From assembly GCF_002158865.1 (NCBI RefSeq), contig NZ_CP021455.1, positions 1,096,835-1,160,834 of the forward strand: 64,000 nt of DNA, in the 5' to 3' direction. A program made the translations under genes and the position numbers. Below the pieces are notes generated by a model that had not been told where the DNA came from, made no database searches, and saw only the letters and a list, made by a program, of their open reading frames with translations. This DNA comes from Comamonas serinivorans. GTDB taxonomy: Bacteria; Pseudomonadota; Gammaproteobacteria; Burkholderiales; Burkholderiaceae_C. Shown one piece after another: positions 32,661 to 40,828 of the stretch. Every line of letters begins with the position of its first letter. Position 1 is the stretch's first letter.

Positions 32661-32933
32661 AGTTCTGTTCAAGGTGCCCAGCTCGCACAGGCTGCGGGCG
32701 ATCGGCGGGGTGCCGGCGCGCGTGGTCGTGCTCCCGGTTGTGTTGCTGGCACTGGCCTGGGCCAGGTGCACGGCCGCACAACCGCGATGGCGGCTGGCGC
32801 GCCAGGCACCGAAGCGCGAGGCACAGGCAGCCTGTGCGGGCAAGGTGCGCCGGGCGGCAGGACCAAGCCATTCGCCAAGCGCCGCCTTGCCAGGGCGGGT
32901 GGGGCTTTCGCCCCCATCCAAGCGGTGCAAGCA

Positions 32934-33040
32934 CCGCGGCAATGGGCGGGAATCGAACCCGCAGCCGCCACCGAAGTCGCGGTGTTCAACCATGAACAAG
33001 TCTTGGACCGAAACCAAGCGTCACCTCAGCCCATCCGCGG
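32934..33040 (-). ncRNA. tRNA-like structured RNA 3 (canonical T-arm, extended bulged stem)
   Basis: Minus strand: closing stem CCGCGGATGG / CCAT-TG-CCGCGG and a canonical T-arm GCGGG-TTCGATT-CCCGC. Internal hairpins are CTTGG-TTTCGGT-CCAAG, TGTTCA-TGGT-TGAACA, and CCGCGAC-TTCG-GTGGCGG (UUCG tetraloop). It begins ~85 nt downstream of promoter P1. Confidence 0.55.
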
Positions 33041-33134
33041 CATACCGCCCACCCAAGAACGGGTCTGGCGGGCGGCACCGGGCCGCATGCATGCGGCACC
33101 TCGTGCGGATGACTGCGTCCGACAGCAGGTGTCT

Positions 33135-33150
33135 TGCAGACGCCGTGCCA
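33135..33150 (-). promoter_or_regulatory. sigma-54 promoter P1 (divergent from rtcR)
   Basis: Minus strand reads TGGCACGGCGTCTGCA, with GG and GC elements at the exact consensus spacing (TGGCAC-N5-TTGCW). Confidence 0.7.
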
Positions 33151-33280
33151 ACTTCCGGCCCAGGCCGTTTCCGCGTGGAGGCCGCTGCGCCAATGCCTTG
33201 ATTTGCAAGCGGTTCGGTGCCCCTGGCCCGCTGACCTGCGTGTCAGCGGGCGATCGTCGGTGTTTGCTAGACTGAGGACC

Positions 33281-33310
33281 CTTGATTCATCCGGCGCGTT
33301 CTTGATTCAG
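33281..33310 (+). promoter_or_regulatory. candidate UAS direct repeats CTTGATTCA x2 upstream of P1 / at rtcR start
   Basis: CTTGATTCATCC (33281-92) and CTTGATTCAG (33301-10), plus a related CTTGATTTGCAAG at 33197-33209. They lie 130-160 bp upstream of P1 on its template. Confidence 0.35.
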
Positions 33311-33312
33311 CC

Positions 33313-34965
33313 ATGAAACCCATTCACGTCATCACCTTCCTGGGCACCCAGCTGGACAGCGGCAACGGTGCCGGCCGCTGGGAGAAGTGGCGGCCCACCG
33401 TGGCGCTGACCCAGCACGAGGACATGGAGGTCGCGCGGCTGGACCTGCTGCTGACCGGGCCCAGCCACCGGGCGCTGGCCGAGCGCGTGCGCGCCGACAT
33501 CGGCACGGTGTCGCCCGCCACCGAGGTCGTGCTGCACGAGTTGGCCGTGGACGATCCCTGGGACTTCGACGTCGTCTACACGCAGCTGTTCGATTGGGCC
33601 CGCGCGCAGGCCTTCGATACCGAGGCCGCGCAGTACTGGGCGCACATCACCACCGGCACGCATGTGGCGCAGATCTGCCTGTTCCTGCTGACCGAGTCGC
33701 GCGTGCTGCCCGGGGTGCTGTGCCAGACCTCGCCGCCCAAGCGGCAGCGCGAGGGCGCGGCCGGTGCCTACACGCTGATCGACCTCGACCTCTCGCGCTA
33801 CGACGCCATCGCCCAGCGCCATGCGGCCGACCAGCGCGATGCAGTGGCCTTCCTGAAAAGCGGCATCGCCACGCGCAATGCGCGCTTCAACGCGCTCATC
33901 GACGAGGTCGAGCGCGTGGCCGTGCGCTCCACCGCGCCGGTGCTGTTCGTGGGGCCCACGGGCGCGGGCAAGTCCTTCCTGGCCCGGCGCATGCACGAGC
34001 TGAAGAAATCGCGCCACCAGATCAACGGCGCCTTCGTCGAAGTCAACTGCGCCACGCTGCGTGGCGACGGCGCGGCCTCGACGCTGTTCGGCCACAAGCG
34101 CGGTGCTTTCACCGGCGCCGCCACCGACCGGCCCGGCCTGCTGCGCGCCGCCGATGGTGGGCTGCTGTTCCTCGACGAAATCGGCGAGCTGGGGGCCGAC
34201 GAGCAGGCCATGCTGCTCATGGCCATCGAAGACAAGCGCTTCTACCCCCTGGGTTCGGACCGCGAGGTGACCAGCGACTTTCAGCTGGTGGCGGGCACCA
34301 ACCGCGACCTGCGCGCCGAGGTCGCCGCGGGGCGGTTTCGCGAAGACCTGTTCTCGCGCATCAACCTGTGGACCTACGAGCTGCCTGGCCTGGCGGGCCG
34401 GCCTGAGGACATCGAACCCAACGTCGACTACCTGCTCACCCGCCATGCGCAAGCCTCGCGCCGCGCGGCCCGCTTCAACGTCGAAGCGCGCCGCGCCTAC
34501 CTGCGCTTTGCGCAAAGCGGCGAAGCGCTGTGGCGCGGCAATTTCCGCGACCTGTATGCCAGCGTGACGCGCCTGGCGACCCTGGCCGAGGGCGGGCGCA
34601 TCACCGAGCCGCTGGTGGTGGCTGAGATCAAACGGCTGCGCTGGATGTGGACGCGCGACAGCGCGGTGGCGGCGCCCGGCGCGCGCGCCTCGGGGGGCTC
34701 GCCGGGGGCGATGGCGGTCGATGCGGCGAGCGTGGACCTGGCCGACTTCTACGACGAAGCGGCCCTGGAGCAGATCGACCTGTTCGACCGCGTGCAGCTG
34801 CAGGGCGTCATCGCGGTGTGCCAGCGCTCGCGCACGCTGTCGGACGCGGGGCGCCAGCTGTACCAGGCCTCGCGGGCGCAACGCGCGGCGTTGAACGATT
34901 CGGACCGCCTGCGCAAGTACCTGGCCAAGTTCAACCTGAGCTGGGACCGCGTCAGCACACGATGA
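33313..34965 (+). CDS. rtcR: sigma-54-dependent transcriptional regulator RtcR (CARF-AAA+-HTH)
   Basis: Collinear over the full length with E. coli RtcR as I recall it: WEKWRPTV N-terminal region, HITTGTHVAQICLFLL, GPTGAGKSFLARR, GAFTGA loop, FLDEIGELG, and C-terminal DRLRKYLAKF HTH. Confidence 0.85.
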   Translation: MKPIHVITFLGTQLDSGNGAGRWEKWRPTVALTQHEDMEVARLDLLLTGPSHRALAERVRADIGTVSPATEVVLHELAVDDPWDFDVVYTQLFDWARAQAFDTEAAQYWAHITTGTHVAQICLFLLTESRVLPGVLCQTSPPKRQREGAAGAYTLIDLDLSRYDAIAQRHAADQRDAVAFLKSGIATRNARFNALIDEVERVAVRSTAPVLFVGPTGAGKSFLARRMHELKKSRHQINGAFVEVNCATLRGDGAASTLFGHKRGAFTGAATDRPGLLRAADGGLLFLDEIGELGADEQAMLLMAIEDKRFYPLGSDREVTSDFQLVAGTNRDLRAEVAAGRFREDLFSRINLWTYELPGLAGRPEDIEPNVDYLLTRHAQASRRAARFNVEARRAYLRFAQSGEALWRGNFRDLYASVTRLATLAEGGRITEPLVVAEIKRLRWMWTRDSAVAAPGARASGGSPGAMAVDAASVDLADFYDEAALEQIDLFDRVQLQGVIAVCQRSRTLSDAGRQLYQASRAQRAALNDSDRLRKYLAKFNLSWDRVSTR

Positions 34966-34966
34966 T

Positions 34967-35019
34967 GGGGTATGGTGTGAATGCCGTTTTCCATGAAACG
35001 GAAATGGCCTGATACTGCC
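34967..35019. repeat. nested-palindrome repeat family, copy R15
   Basis: GGGGTATGG ... TGCCGTTT-TCCATG-AAACGGAA ... CTGATACTGCC. Starts 2 nt after the rtcR stop. Confidence 0.85.
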
Positions 35020-35133
35020 AAGGCTAAGCATTCCACAATGGGATGATCAACAGCGCGCCCGCCGGCTTGCACGGTGGGGCGCATGCAGCGGCTGGCCCAA
35101 GGCCGGGTGCACGACATGGAGAGGGAGACGCAC

Positions 35134-35802
35134 ATGGCGCAGTACATCGAGGTCATTGGACAGGCCAGCGTGAGCGAAGTGGCCGTGGAGCAGCGCGTGG
35201 CGCTGACGGTGTCGCACCGCGGCAAGGGCGGTGGCATGTCGGACAAGGTGGTGGCGCACAAGGCCACGCAGCAGCGTGAGCGGGTGATCGCCACGCTGCT
35301 GGCCCACGGCATGCGGGAGCACGAATTGCATGAGGGCGGCATGGACAGCGGCACCTGGCACTTCAAGCGCAAGCGCGAGGTGCACCACAGCCACCGCATC
35401 CTGCTGATCTGCGAGGACGACGCGCGCCTGTTTGCGGCCCTCGAGGCCCTGGCGCCGCTGCAGGACGAGGGCGAGCTTGACTTGCAACTGGACATGCTGG
35501 ACGCCCGCTACGAGGTGCCGGCCGGTGCGCTGAGCGGGGCGCAGCAGGCGGCGGTGGCGCATGCCCGTGAGCATGCGAATGGCCTGGCGCAGGCTGCCGG
35601 CGTGGCGCTGGGCGCGGTGGTGCAGGTGCAAGAGCTGGCGCCGGCGCGGGAGCGTTCGGGTGCCTATGGCGAGTCCTGGTATGGCTTGGCCGCCGCAGGC
35701 GGCGCGGCTGCGGCACCGGCCATGACCCTCTTGGCGAGTAACCAGCGCACGCGCACCTTGAGCTACCGCGTGCGCTTTGCGCTGCAGCGGGCTGTGCCCT
35801 GA
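35134..35802 (+). CDS. SIMPL (DUF541)-like protein, no signal peptide
   Basis: YIEVIGQASVSEVAVEQRVALTV...A...A...A..LAQAAGVALGAVVQVQE pattern. RBS GGAGAGGGAG lies 6 nt upstream of the ATG at 35134. Confidence 0.55.
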   Translation: MAQYIEVIGQASVSEVAVEQRVALTVSHRGKGGGMSDKVVAHKATQQRERVIATLLAHGMREHELHEGGMDSGTWHFKRKREVHHSHRILLICEDDARLFAALEALAPLQDEGELDLQLDMLDARYEVPAGALSGAQQAAVAHAREHANGLAQAAGVALGAVVQVQELAPARERSGAYGESWYGLAAAGGAAAAPAMTLLASNQRTRTLSYRVRFALQRAVP

Positions 35803-35883
35803 CGCGCGTCGTTCGCCGCAACGCCTGGGCCGCGGTGGCCTGAATGTCGGTCCGACCGTGCACTGGGCAGGACGTGGGGCCAG

Positions 35884-35916
35884 TGAATCGCCTGCAACGC
35901 CCCTGCAGACGATTCA
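35884..35916 (+). promoter_or_regulatory. candidate enhancer (UAS) inverted repeat upstream of P2
   Basis: TGAATCG-N19-CGATTCA lies 110-140 bp upstream of P2. It shares the GATTCA core with sites upstream of P1 and P3. Confidence 0.35.
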
Positions 35917-36025
35917 TGGGCGGGCGTAGAGTTCGCATCGAAAGCGATACAGTGGGATCGTGTTCGGCGGTCATGGTGGCGTGCAGCCCTGCTGTCGCCC
36001 TGGGGTGAAGCGGGATGGGCCGAAC

Positions 36026-36041
36026 TGGCACGGCCGTTGCG
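36026..36041 (+). promoter_or_regulatory. sigma-54 promoter P2
   Basis: TGGCACGGCCGTTGCG is a perfect TGGCAC-N5-TTGC. The predicted start lies a few nt before the stem of tRNA-like RNA 1 (36059). Confidence 0.75.
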
Positions 36042-36058
36042 AAGGATGAGGTGAACGT

Positions 36059-36146
36059 GGGCCCAGGTCTGGGGTGGCGCAAAGCGAGCGCGTCGGACTT
36101 GAATCCGAAGGGTGCTGGTGCAAGTCCAGCCCCCAGACCTGGGCCC
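36059..36146 (+). ncRNA. tRNA-like / Y-RNA-like cloverleaf RNA 1
   Basis: Perfect 16-bp stem GGGCCCAGGTCTGGGG (36059-74) / CCCCAGACCTGGGCCC (36131-46). It encloses TG, D-like arm GCGC-AAAGCGA-GCGC, G, anticodon-like arm TCGGA-CTTGAA-TCCGA, AGGGT, and T-like arm GCTGG-TGCAAGT-CCAGC. There is no CCA end. Confidence 0.65.
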
Positions 36147-36292
36147 GCGAAACCCGGGGGCGCGACGGCGCGAGGCAGGCCTTGACGCGGCGGCCGTGTC
36201 GGCAAGGGTGCAGCGAGAAGCGGCTACCAGGCCGGTTGCCACGCATCGCAGCCCGTCGGCCAGCCCGACCGGCAGGGGATGAGGTCAGGTGT

Positions 36293-36373
36293 GCAACGGT
36301 CTGGCGCAGTTCAAGGAGAACGCCCGACCATGCATCGGGAAGGTGCTGGACAAGCCAGCCGCCAGACCGTTGC
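36293..36373 (+). ncRNA. tRNA-like / Y-RNA-like cloverleaf RNA 2 (paralogue of RNA 1)
   Basis: Perfect 14-bp stem GCAACGGTCTGGCG / CGCCAGACCGTTGC. It encloses CA, GTTC-AAGGA-GAAC, G, CCCGA-CCATGCA-TCGGG, AAGGT and GCTGG-ACAAG-CCAGC. The topology matches RNA 1, with compensatory changes in the D-like and anticodon-like stems. Confidence 0.65.
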
Positions 36374-36422
36374 GCATGGGCCAGTCCCCGTCCCGATCCA
36401 CACGAACACAGGGAGAGCGGCC

Positions 36423-39320
36423 ATGGGCCAGCACGACGAAGAGCACTCACCGGACGCCGGTGAGCACCCGGTGCCGCCGGCGCATGCGGCATCCGGGCTT
36501 GCCCAGGCGAACCCGGGCTGGGCAGCCGGCCAGCTTGCACGCGCCCGTGCGGCTTTGGCACAGGCACAGGTACAGCGGGACCCGTCAGGGCCCGACGCGG
36601 CCGGCGCTGCGTCATCCGCGGATACCGACGCTGCAGGCCACGCCGTGGCGCGTGCGCTGGCCAAGGTGAATGCCTGGCGCCAGGCCTTGGCCGGCATGGC
36701 CAGTGGCGAGCTGCAGGTGGGGTCGCGCACGCCGCTGCGCAACGTGGCGGCCTGGCTCACGCCGAATGTGTTGCACGGCGGATTCGCCTCGGGCCAGCTG
36801 ATGGCCGGGGGGCGCGCGCAAGCACACGAGACGCACTGGCTGGCGCAACTGGCGGCCGGTCAGCCGCTGGGCAGCACGCCGACCGACTGTGCCCGGATGG
36901 CCACGCTGGCGGCACAGCCCGTGGACCGCAGCACGCTGCCCCAGAAGCTGGACCGCACGCCGCTGAACGACTGGTTCCTGACCGAGGCGGGCCTGCAGCA
37001 GCTGATGCAGTGGCTGGACGACGGCCGCTGGCGCATCGCCGTGCCCGAGGAGGGCGCCTTGCTGGTGGTGGCCTGGCTGCTGAGGCAGGGGCATGACACC
37101 TCGGCGGCCCGCCTGTTGGACACCCTGTCGCCCTACTGGCACCGCGTTCGCTTTTACCCGCAGCCCGCTGCGACGCCCATGCCGGCGCTCGACCGCGTGA
37201 GCCTGCGCAGCGCGCAGGACGTGATGGCGCAGTTGAACCAGCTGCAGACGCCGCCCGCGGTGCTGGCCCAGCACCAAGCCATCCACGTGTGGCGCCCCTT
37301 GCTCGACGAGCTGGTGCTGCTGTGGCTGCAGGCCGTGCCCGGCGCGCTGCACGGCCCTGACGCTGCCGCGGCCCATGGCGAATCCGGGCGAGGTGCCGAC
37401 GGCGCCGTGACGGATGCGCTGCCGCGCCTGCGTGCCGGCACGCGCGAGGCCGAAGGCGGCTTGCCCCTGGCCGAGCCCGACGCCGACTGGCGGCAGCAGG
37501 CGGCGGCCTGGCGCCTGCGGGCGCGCGAGGCCGAGGCGCAGCACACGCGCAGCCGGGCGCACCGCAAGCCCGGCTCGCACGTGGCGCAGTTGTGGGCCAT
37601 GCTGGACCAGGTGCTGCAAGGTCAGGCCCTGAGCGAGGCACAGCGCCGCCGGCTGCGCTTTGTGCTGGCGTGCCAGGTCAGCGCCCATGGCGTGCCAGGC
37701 GATGCGAGGCACCACACCTGGCGCGCCGCGCAACGGGCGCAGACCGACACCGTGTGGCGCGCCCACTGGGCGTACGCACTGGCCGCGCGCGTGCAGGCGC
37801 AGGGCCCCTACGCGCTGGGCGATGGCCTGCCGGATCTGGACACCGCGCTGCAAGCTGCCACGGCGCAAGAGGCACAACAACATGCGCACCTGCCCGAAGG
37901 CACCGTGGTCTGGCCCAGCCTGCGCCGCAAGCTGCGCCGCGCCCACTTGGCCACCGTGCCGCAGCTGGTGCAAGCCGGCATCGTGCCGTCGAGCGAGGTG
38001 CTGGCCAGCGTGCTGCCCGGCACCACGGGCGCACAGCTGGCGCGCACCATGCCCGATGCGGCCAGCGCGCGGCTGCTGGGCGCGCTGTGGCGTGCGTTTC
38101 GCGGGCGACGCTCGGTGCTGCTGCTGAACCACGAGTCGCAGGTGCGCTTTCACGAGCTGCCCTGGGTGCTGCGCTTGCAGCAGCACGCCTGCGTGCCGGC
38201 GACGGCCGCCGGGACCGAGGGCGATTCGGCACATCGCTGGGACATGGCCGGCCTGGCGCGCAGCCAGGCGTTGGCGCAGCTGGATGCGGCCGCGCGCCTG
38301 GCGCTGACGCAATTCCCGCAATCGGCCTTCCCGAACCCGCTGCTGTGGGAGCTTCGCGCGCTGGCCGAGCAGGGTGGCTGGCAGCCGCCGTGGGTCGAAG
38401 ACATCGCGGCCGACATCTTCATGGGCAGCTTTGGGCCCAAGTTCGGGCAGGCCGTGCACGACGCGCTGCCCTGGTTGCAGGGCAGCCTGTATGCGCAGCA
38501 TTTCCAGCTCGACCTGGAGGCGCTGCGCCTGGCCATGGCGCCGGCCGTGGCCTGCCACGCGGCCTTTCAGCGTTACGCCGAAACGCCAGCGGGCTCACCC
38601 GGCAACCCCGCGGCCAAGCGCGAACAACAGGCCTTGCTGCAGCGCTATCACGCGGCGCCCGACCTGCTGGTGGCGCACCTGCGTGCGCGCACGGGCTGGT
38701 CGGCCGACGCCCGCGGCGTGGGCGCGAATGGCGCCGTCATCGAGCAGATGGGCCTGGTCAGCACGGCCAACTTCGCGCCGCTGGCGCAGCGCTTTGGCTG
38801 GGGCGTGGCCGGTGCCGGTTTGCGCGATGCCACGGCCCAGGCGCGCGAGCTCCAGGGGTGGGCGCAGGCCGCACGCACGGGCTTCGAGCGGCTGTGCGCG
38901 GGGCTGGACCTGGGCGTGCGCGAAGCCGGCGCCATGCTGGACAAGCCGCCAACCCAGATCCAGGCGACAAACCCGGCGGATGCCCATGCGGCAGCGACAG
39001 AAGCCCAGGCCGCCGACCGCCTGCTGGCCGAGCGCGTGCGCCGGGCCGCCACCAGCTGGCGCCAGGTCGTGCTGCTGCTGAGCCTGCTGCCCGCCGAGCA
39101 GCAGCGCGCCAACCTGCTGGGCATGCAGCGCCACCTCGCGGCCTGTGACACCCCCGCCAGCCGGGGCGTGACGCGCGCCCTGGCGCCCCAGCTGGCCGAC
39201 CTGATGGCCTGTGTGCAAGGCCAGGCGCGCGACGCCGGTCGGCCACCGTTCCACGGCTGGACCCAGCCAGGGCAGCGGGGCGTGCTGTTCACCCTGCGCC
39301 AGGGCCTGAAGGCCGGGTGA
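36423..39320 (+). CDS. large orphan protein (965 aa), predicted all-alpha, no recognised domain
   Basis: Longest frame in the region. RBS GGGAGAG upstream of the ATG at 36423. Ala/Leu/Gln/Trp-rich composition, versus an Arg/Gly-rich antisense ORF. Lies downstream of sigma-54 promoter P2 and the two tRNA-like RNAs. Confidence 0.6.
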   Translation: MGQHDEEHSPDAGEHPVPPAHAASGLAQANPGWAAGQLARARAALAQAQVQRDPSGPDAAGAASSADTDAAGHAVARALAKVNAWRQALAGMASGELQVGSRTPLRNVAAWLTPNVLHGGFASGQLMAGGRAQAHETHWLAQLAAGQPLGSTPTDCARMATLAAQPVDRSTLPQKLDRTPLNDWFLTEAGLQQLMQWLDDGRWRIAVPEEGALLVVAWLLRQGHDTSAARLLDTLSPYWHRVRFYPQPAATPMPALDRVSLRSAQDVMAQLNQLQTPPAVLAQHQAIHVWRPLLDELVLLWLQAVPGALHGPDAAAAHGESGRGADGAVTDALPRLRAGTREAEGGLPLAEPDADWRQQAAAWRLRAREAEAQHTRSRAHRKPGSHVAQLWAMLDQVLQGQALSEAQRRRLRFVLACQVSAHGVPGDARHHTWRAAQRAQTDTVWRAHWAYALAARVQAQGPYALGDGLPDLDTALQAATAQEAQQHAHLPEGTVVWPSLRRKLRRAHLATVPQLVQAGIVPSSEVLASVLPGTTGAQLARTMPDAASARLLGALWRAFRGRRSVLLLNHESQVRFHELPWVLRLQQHACVPATAAGTEGDSAHRWDMAGLARSQALAQLDAAARLALTQFPQSAFPNPLLWELRALAEQGGWQPPWVEDIAADIFMGSFGPKFGQAVHDALPWLQGSLYAQHFQLDLEALRLAMAPAVACHAAFQRYAETPAGSPGNPAAKREQQALLQRYHAAPDLLVAHLRARTGWSADARGVGANGAVIEQMGLVSTANFAPLAQRFGWGVAGAGLRDATAQARELQGWAQAARTGFERLCAGLDLGVREAGAMLDKPPTQIQATNPADAHAAATEAQAADRLLAERVRRAATSWRQVVLLLSLLPAEQQRANLLGMQRHLAACDTPASRGVTRALAPQLADLMACVQGQARDAGRPPFHGWTQPGQRGVLFTLRQGLKAG

Positions 39321-39710
39321 GCAGGTCGGGTGAGGTCAGGTGAAGCCAGCGGGGCCATGGGGCCCCATCTTCCAGGTTGGCCCGAATGGTGACCGTGGGT
39401 CTGGGTGCCGGTGCTGCCGCCCCAGGCGTTCGCTGTGGGCGCCTGGCGGACTGGCGCCGAGGAACGGAGGAGCTTGCGCGACAATCCGGCATCCGGTCCG
39501 GGCGAGGCTCGCTAGGACATGGCCATGGCGCGCGGCGGTCAGCACGCGGCGGTGTCGGCCCCGCAGCCGCGCGATCCCGGTGGTCGGGTGCAAGTGCCCT
39601 GTCGGCTTGCGTTCCACGCCAACAGGCCTGCTGCCGTGCCTCGTGCCATGTCAACCGTTGCTTGACGGTCGGCGGGCCCCGTGCCCACGCCGTGTTGTTC
39701 AGAAGTACCC

Positions 39711-40454
39711 ATGCCTTTACGCATCGACGAAGCCATCACCCAGCTGGATCACGGCTGGCTCAGCCATTTGAAATCGCAGGGTTACGGCGGCGATGCCTTG
39801 CGCCAGGCGATCGACCTGGTGCTGTACGCCCAACAGCAGGCGGCGGCGCGCAACAGCGCCGAGTTCAAGGCCGCCATCGCGCGCGTCAACCACCTGGTGG
39901 GGGCGGGCATCGCGTGTGACAACAACGGCGACTACCTGTACACGGCCGAGTGGCGCGACCCGGCTTGCGCCGGGCTGGGCTTCGCCATCGAATACGCGGC
40001 CGACCCGGCCAGCTGGCGGGCCGAGTTCCGCATGCCCGGCTGCTGGCCGCACACCGTGGACAACCTCGACATCACCGACACCCGCGCTGTGGACCACGAC
40101 TTTGCGCTCTGGCTGGCGCGCGCCAGTGCCCGCCATTTCACGCACCTGATCGAACGCCAGCTGCCCGAAGGCGAAGCACTGCGCGCGCCCTGTACGGCGG
40201 CCGTGCGGGCCGGCACCTGGGCCGAATTCGTGTGCCTGCACCCACTGCAACCCGTGGCCCGCCTGGGGCACGAGCGGCTGGAGCAGGCCGCCTGGTCGGC
40301 CCAATACCCCAGTGCCGCCCAGCGCGAGTTGCAGGCCCGCTTCGATGTGCAGAGCGCCTTGCTGCTGCGCTTGATCGTGGTTCAGCAGGCAGCATGGGCT
40401 TGGCATGAAGAGTATGGCGACAATCGCGATGACGATTCAACGGGAAGGCATTGA
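39711..40454 (+). CDS. orphan protein (247 aa), no recognised domain
   Basis: ORF between the 965-aa gene and rtcA on the same strand. The last ~15 codons and the stop lie in repeat copy R16. Confidence 0.5.
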   Translation: MPLRIDEAITQLDHGWLSHLKSQGYGGDALRQAIDLVLYAQQQAAARNSAEFKAAIARVNHLVGAGIACDNNGDYLYTAEWRDPACAGLGFAIEYAADPASWRAEFRMPGCWPHTVDNLDITDTRAVDHDFALWLARASARHFTHLIERQLPEGEALRAPCTAAVRAGTWAEFVCLHPLQPVARLGHERLEQAAWSAQYPSAAQRELQARFDVQSALLLRLIVVQQAAWAWHEEYGDNRDDDSTGRH

Positions 40455-40460
40455 TACTCC
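40410..40460. repeat. nested-palindrome repeat family, copy R16
   Basis: GAGTATGGCG ... ATCGCGATGACGATTCAACGGGAA ... TTGATACTCC. Supplies the last codons and the stop of the 247-aa ORF. Confidence 0.65.
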
Positions 40461-40814
40461 ATTTGATGTGGCGCTTGCTGAGGGCTGCTTGCCCGACACC
40501 GGAAGGCTGGCGTCGACGCAGGGACATGACGCGTGGCCAGCGGTGCATGGGCTCGCCAGCCGCCCGCACAGCGCCCCCAACCCGCTGACTGGGCGTCCTG
40601 ATGCAGCAGGCCTGGCTCGACCTGCCCGTGCTCTTTCGCCTGCATGCGCAGGCGCGTGGCCAACAGGTGGCGCAGCCCGAGCGGGCCGATGGGGTGTTCG
40701 CCATCCAGGGCACGGCCAGCGCGCAGCCTCACACCGTCCGAGACGGACCGCATCCGGGCCGATTGCCTGTGAAGGCGGGCTTGCAAGGGGCGCTGCATGG
40801 ATCGCTGGCGCGCT

Positions 40815-40828
40815 GGATGAATCAAGCC
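40815..40828 (-). promoter_or_regulatory. candidate UAS upstream of P3
   Basis: The reverse complement reads GGCTTGATTCATCC, nearly identical to the 33281 site and ~110 bp upstream of P3. Weaker CTTGATCCGG (40886-95) and TTGATTTGG (40919-27) sites follow. Confidence 0.35.

Noticed and set aside
32934-33040. Genuine tRNA, tRNA-Sec or tmRNA gene
   Set aside because: The T-arm is canonical, but there is no 7-bp acceptor stem with a discriminator and CCA context. No D-arm or anticodon arm occupies standard positions, and no UCA anticodon loop can be drawn. No tag-peptide reading frame or tmRNA pseudoknots lie upstream. It is kept as a tRNA-like ncRNA instead.
36612-38558. 648-aa minus-strand ORF, as an alternative to the 965-aa + strand gene
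   Set aside because: Its Arg/Gly/His/Pro-rich low-complexity translation has no start context. The + frame is longer, has an RBS, a plausible helical composition, and fits the operon direction set by P2 and rtcA.
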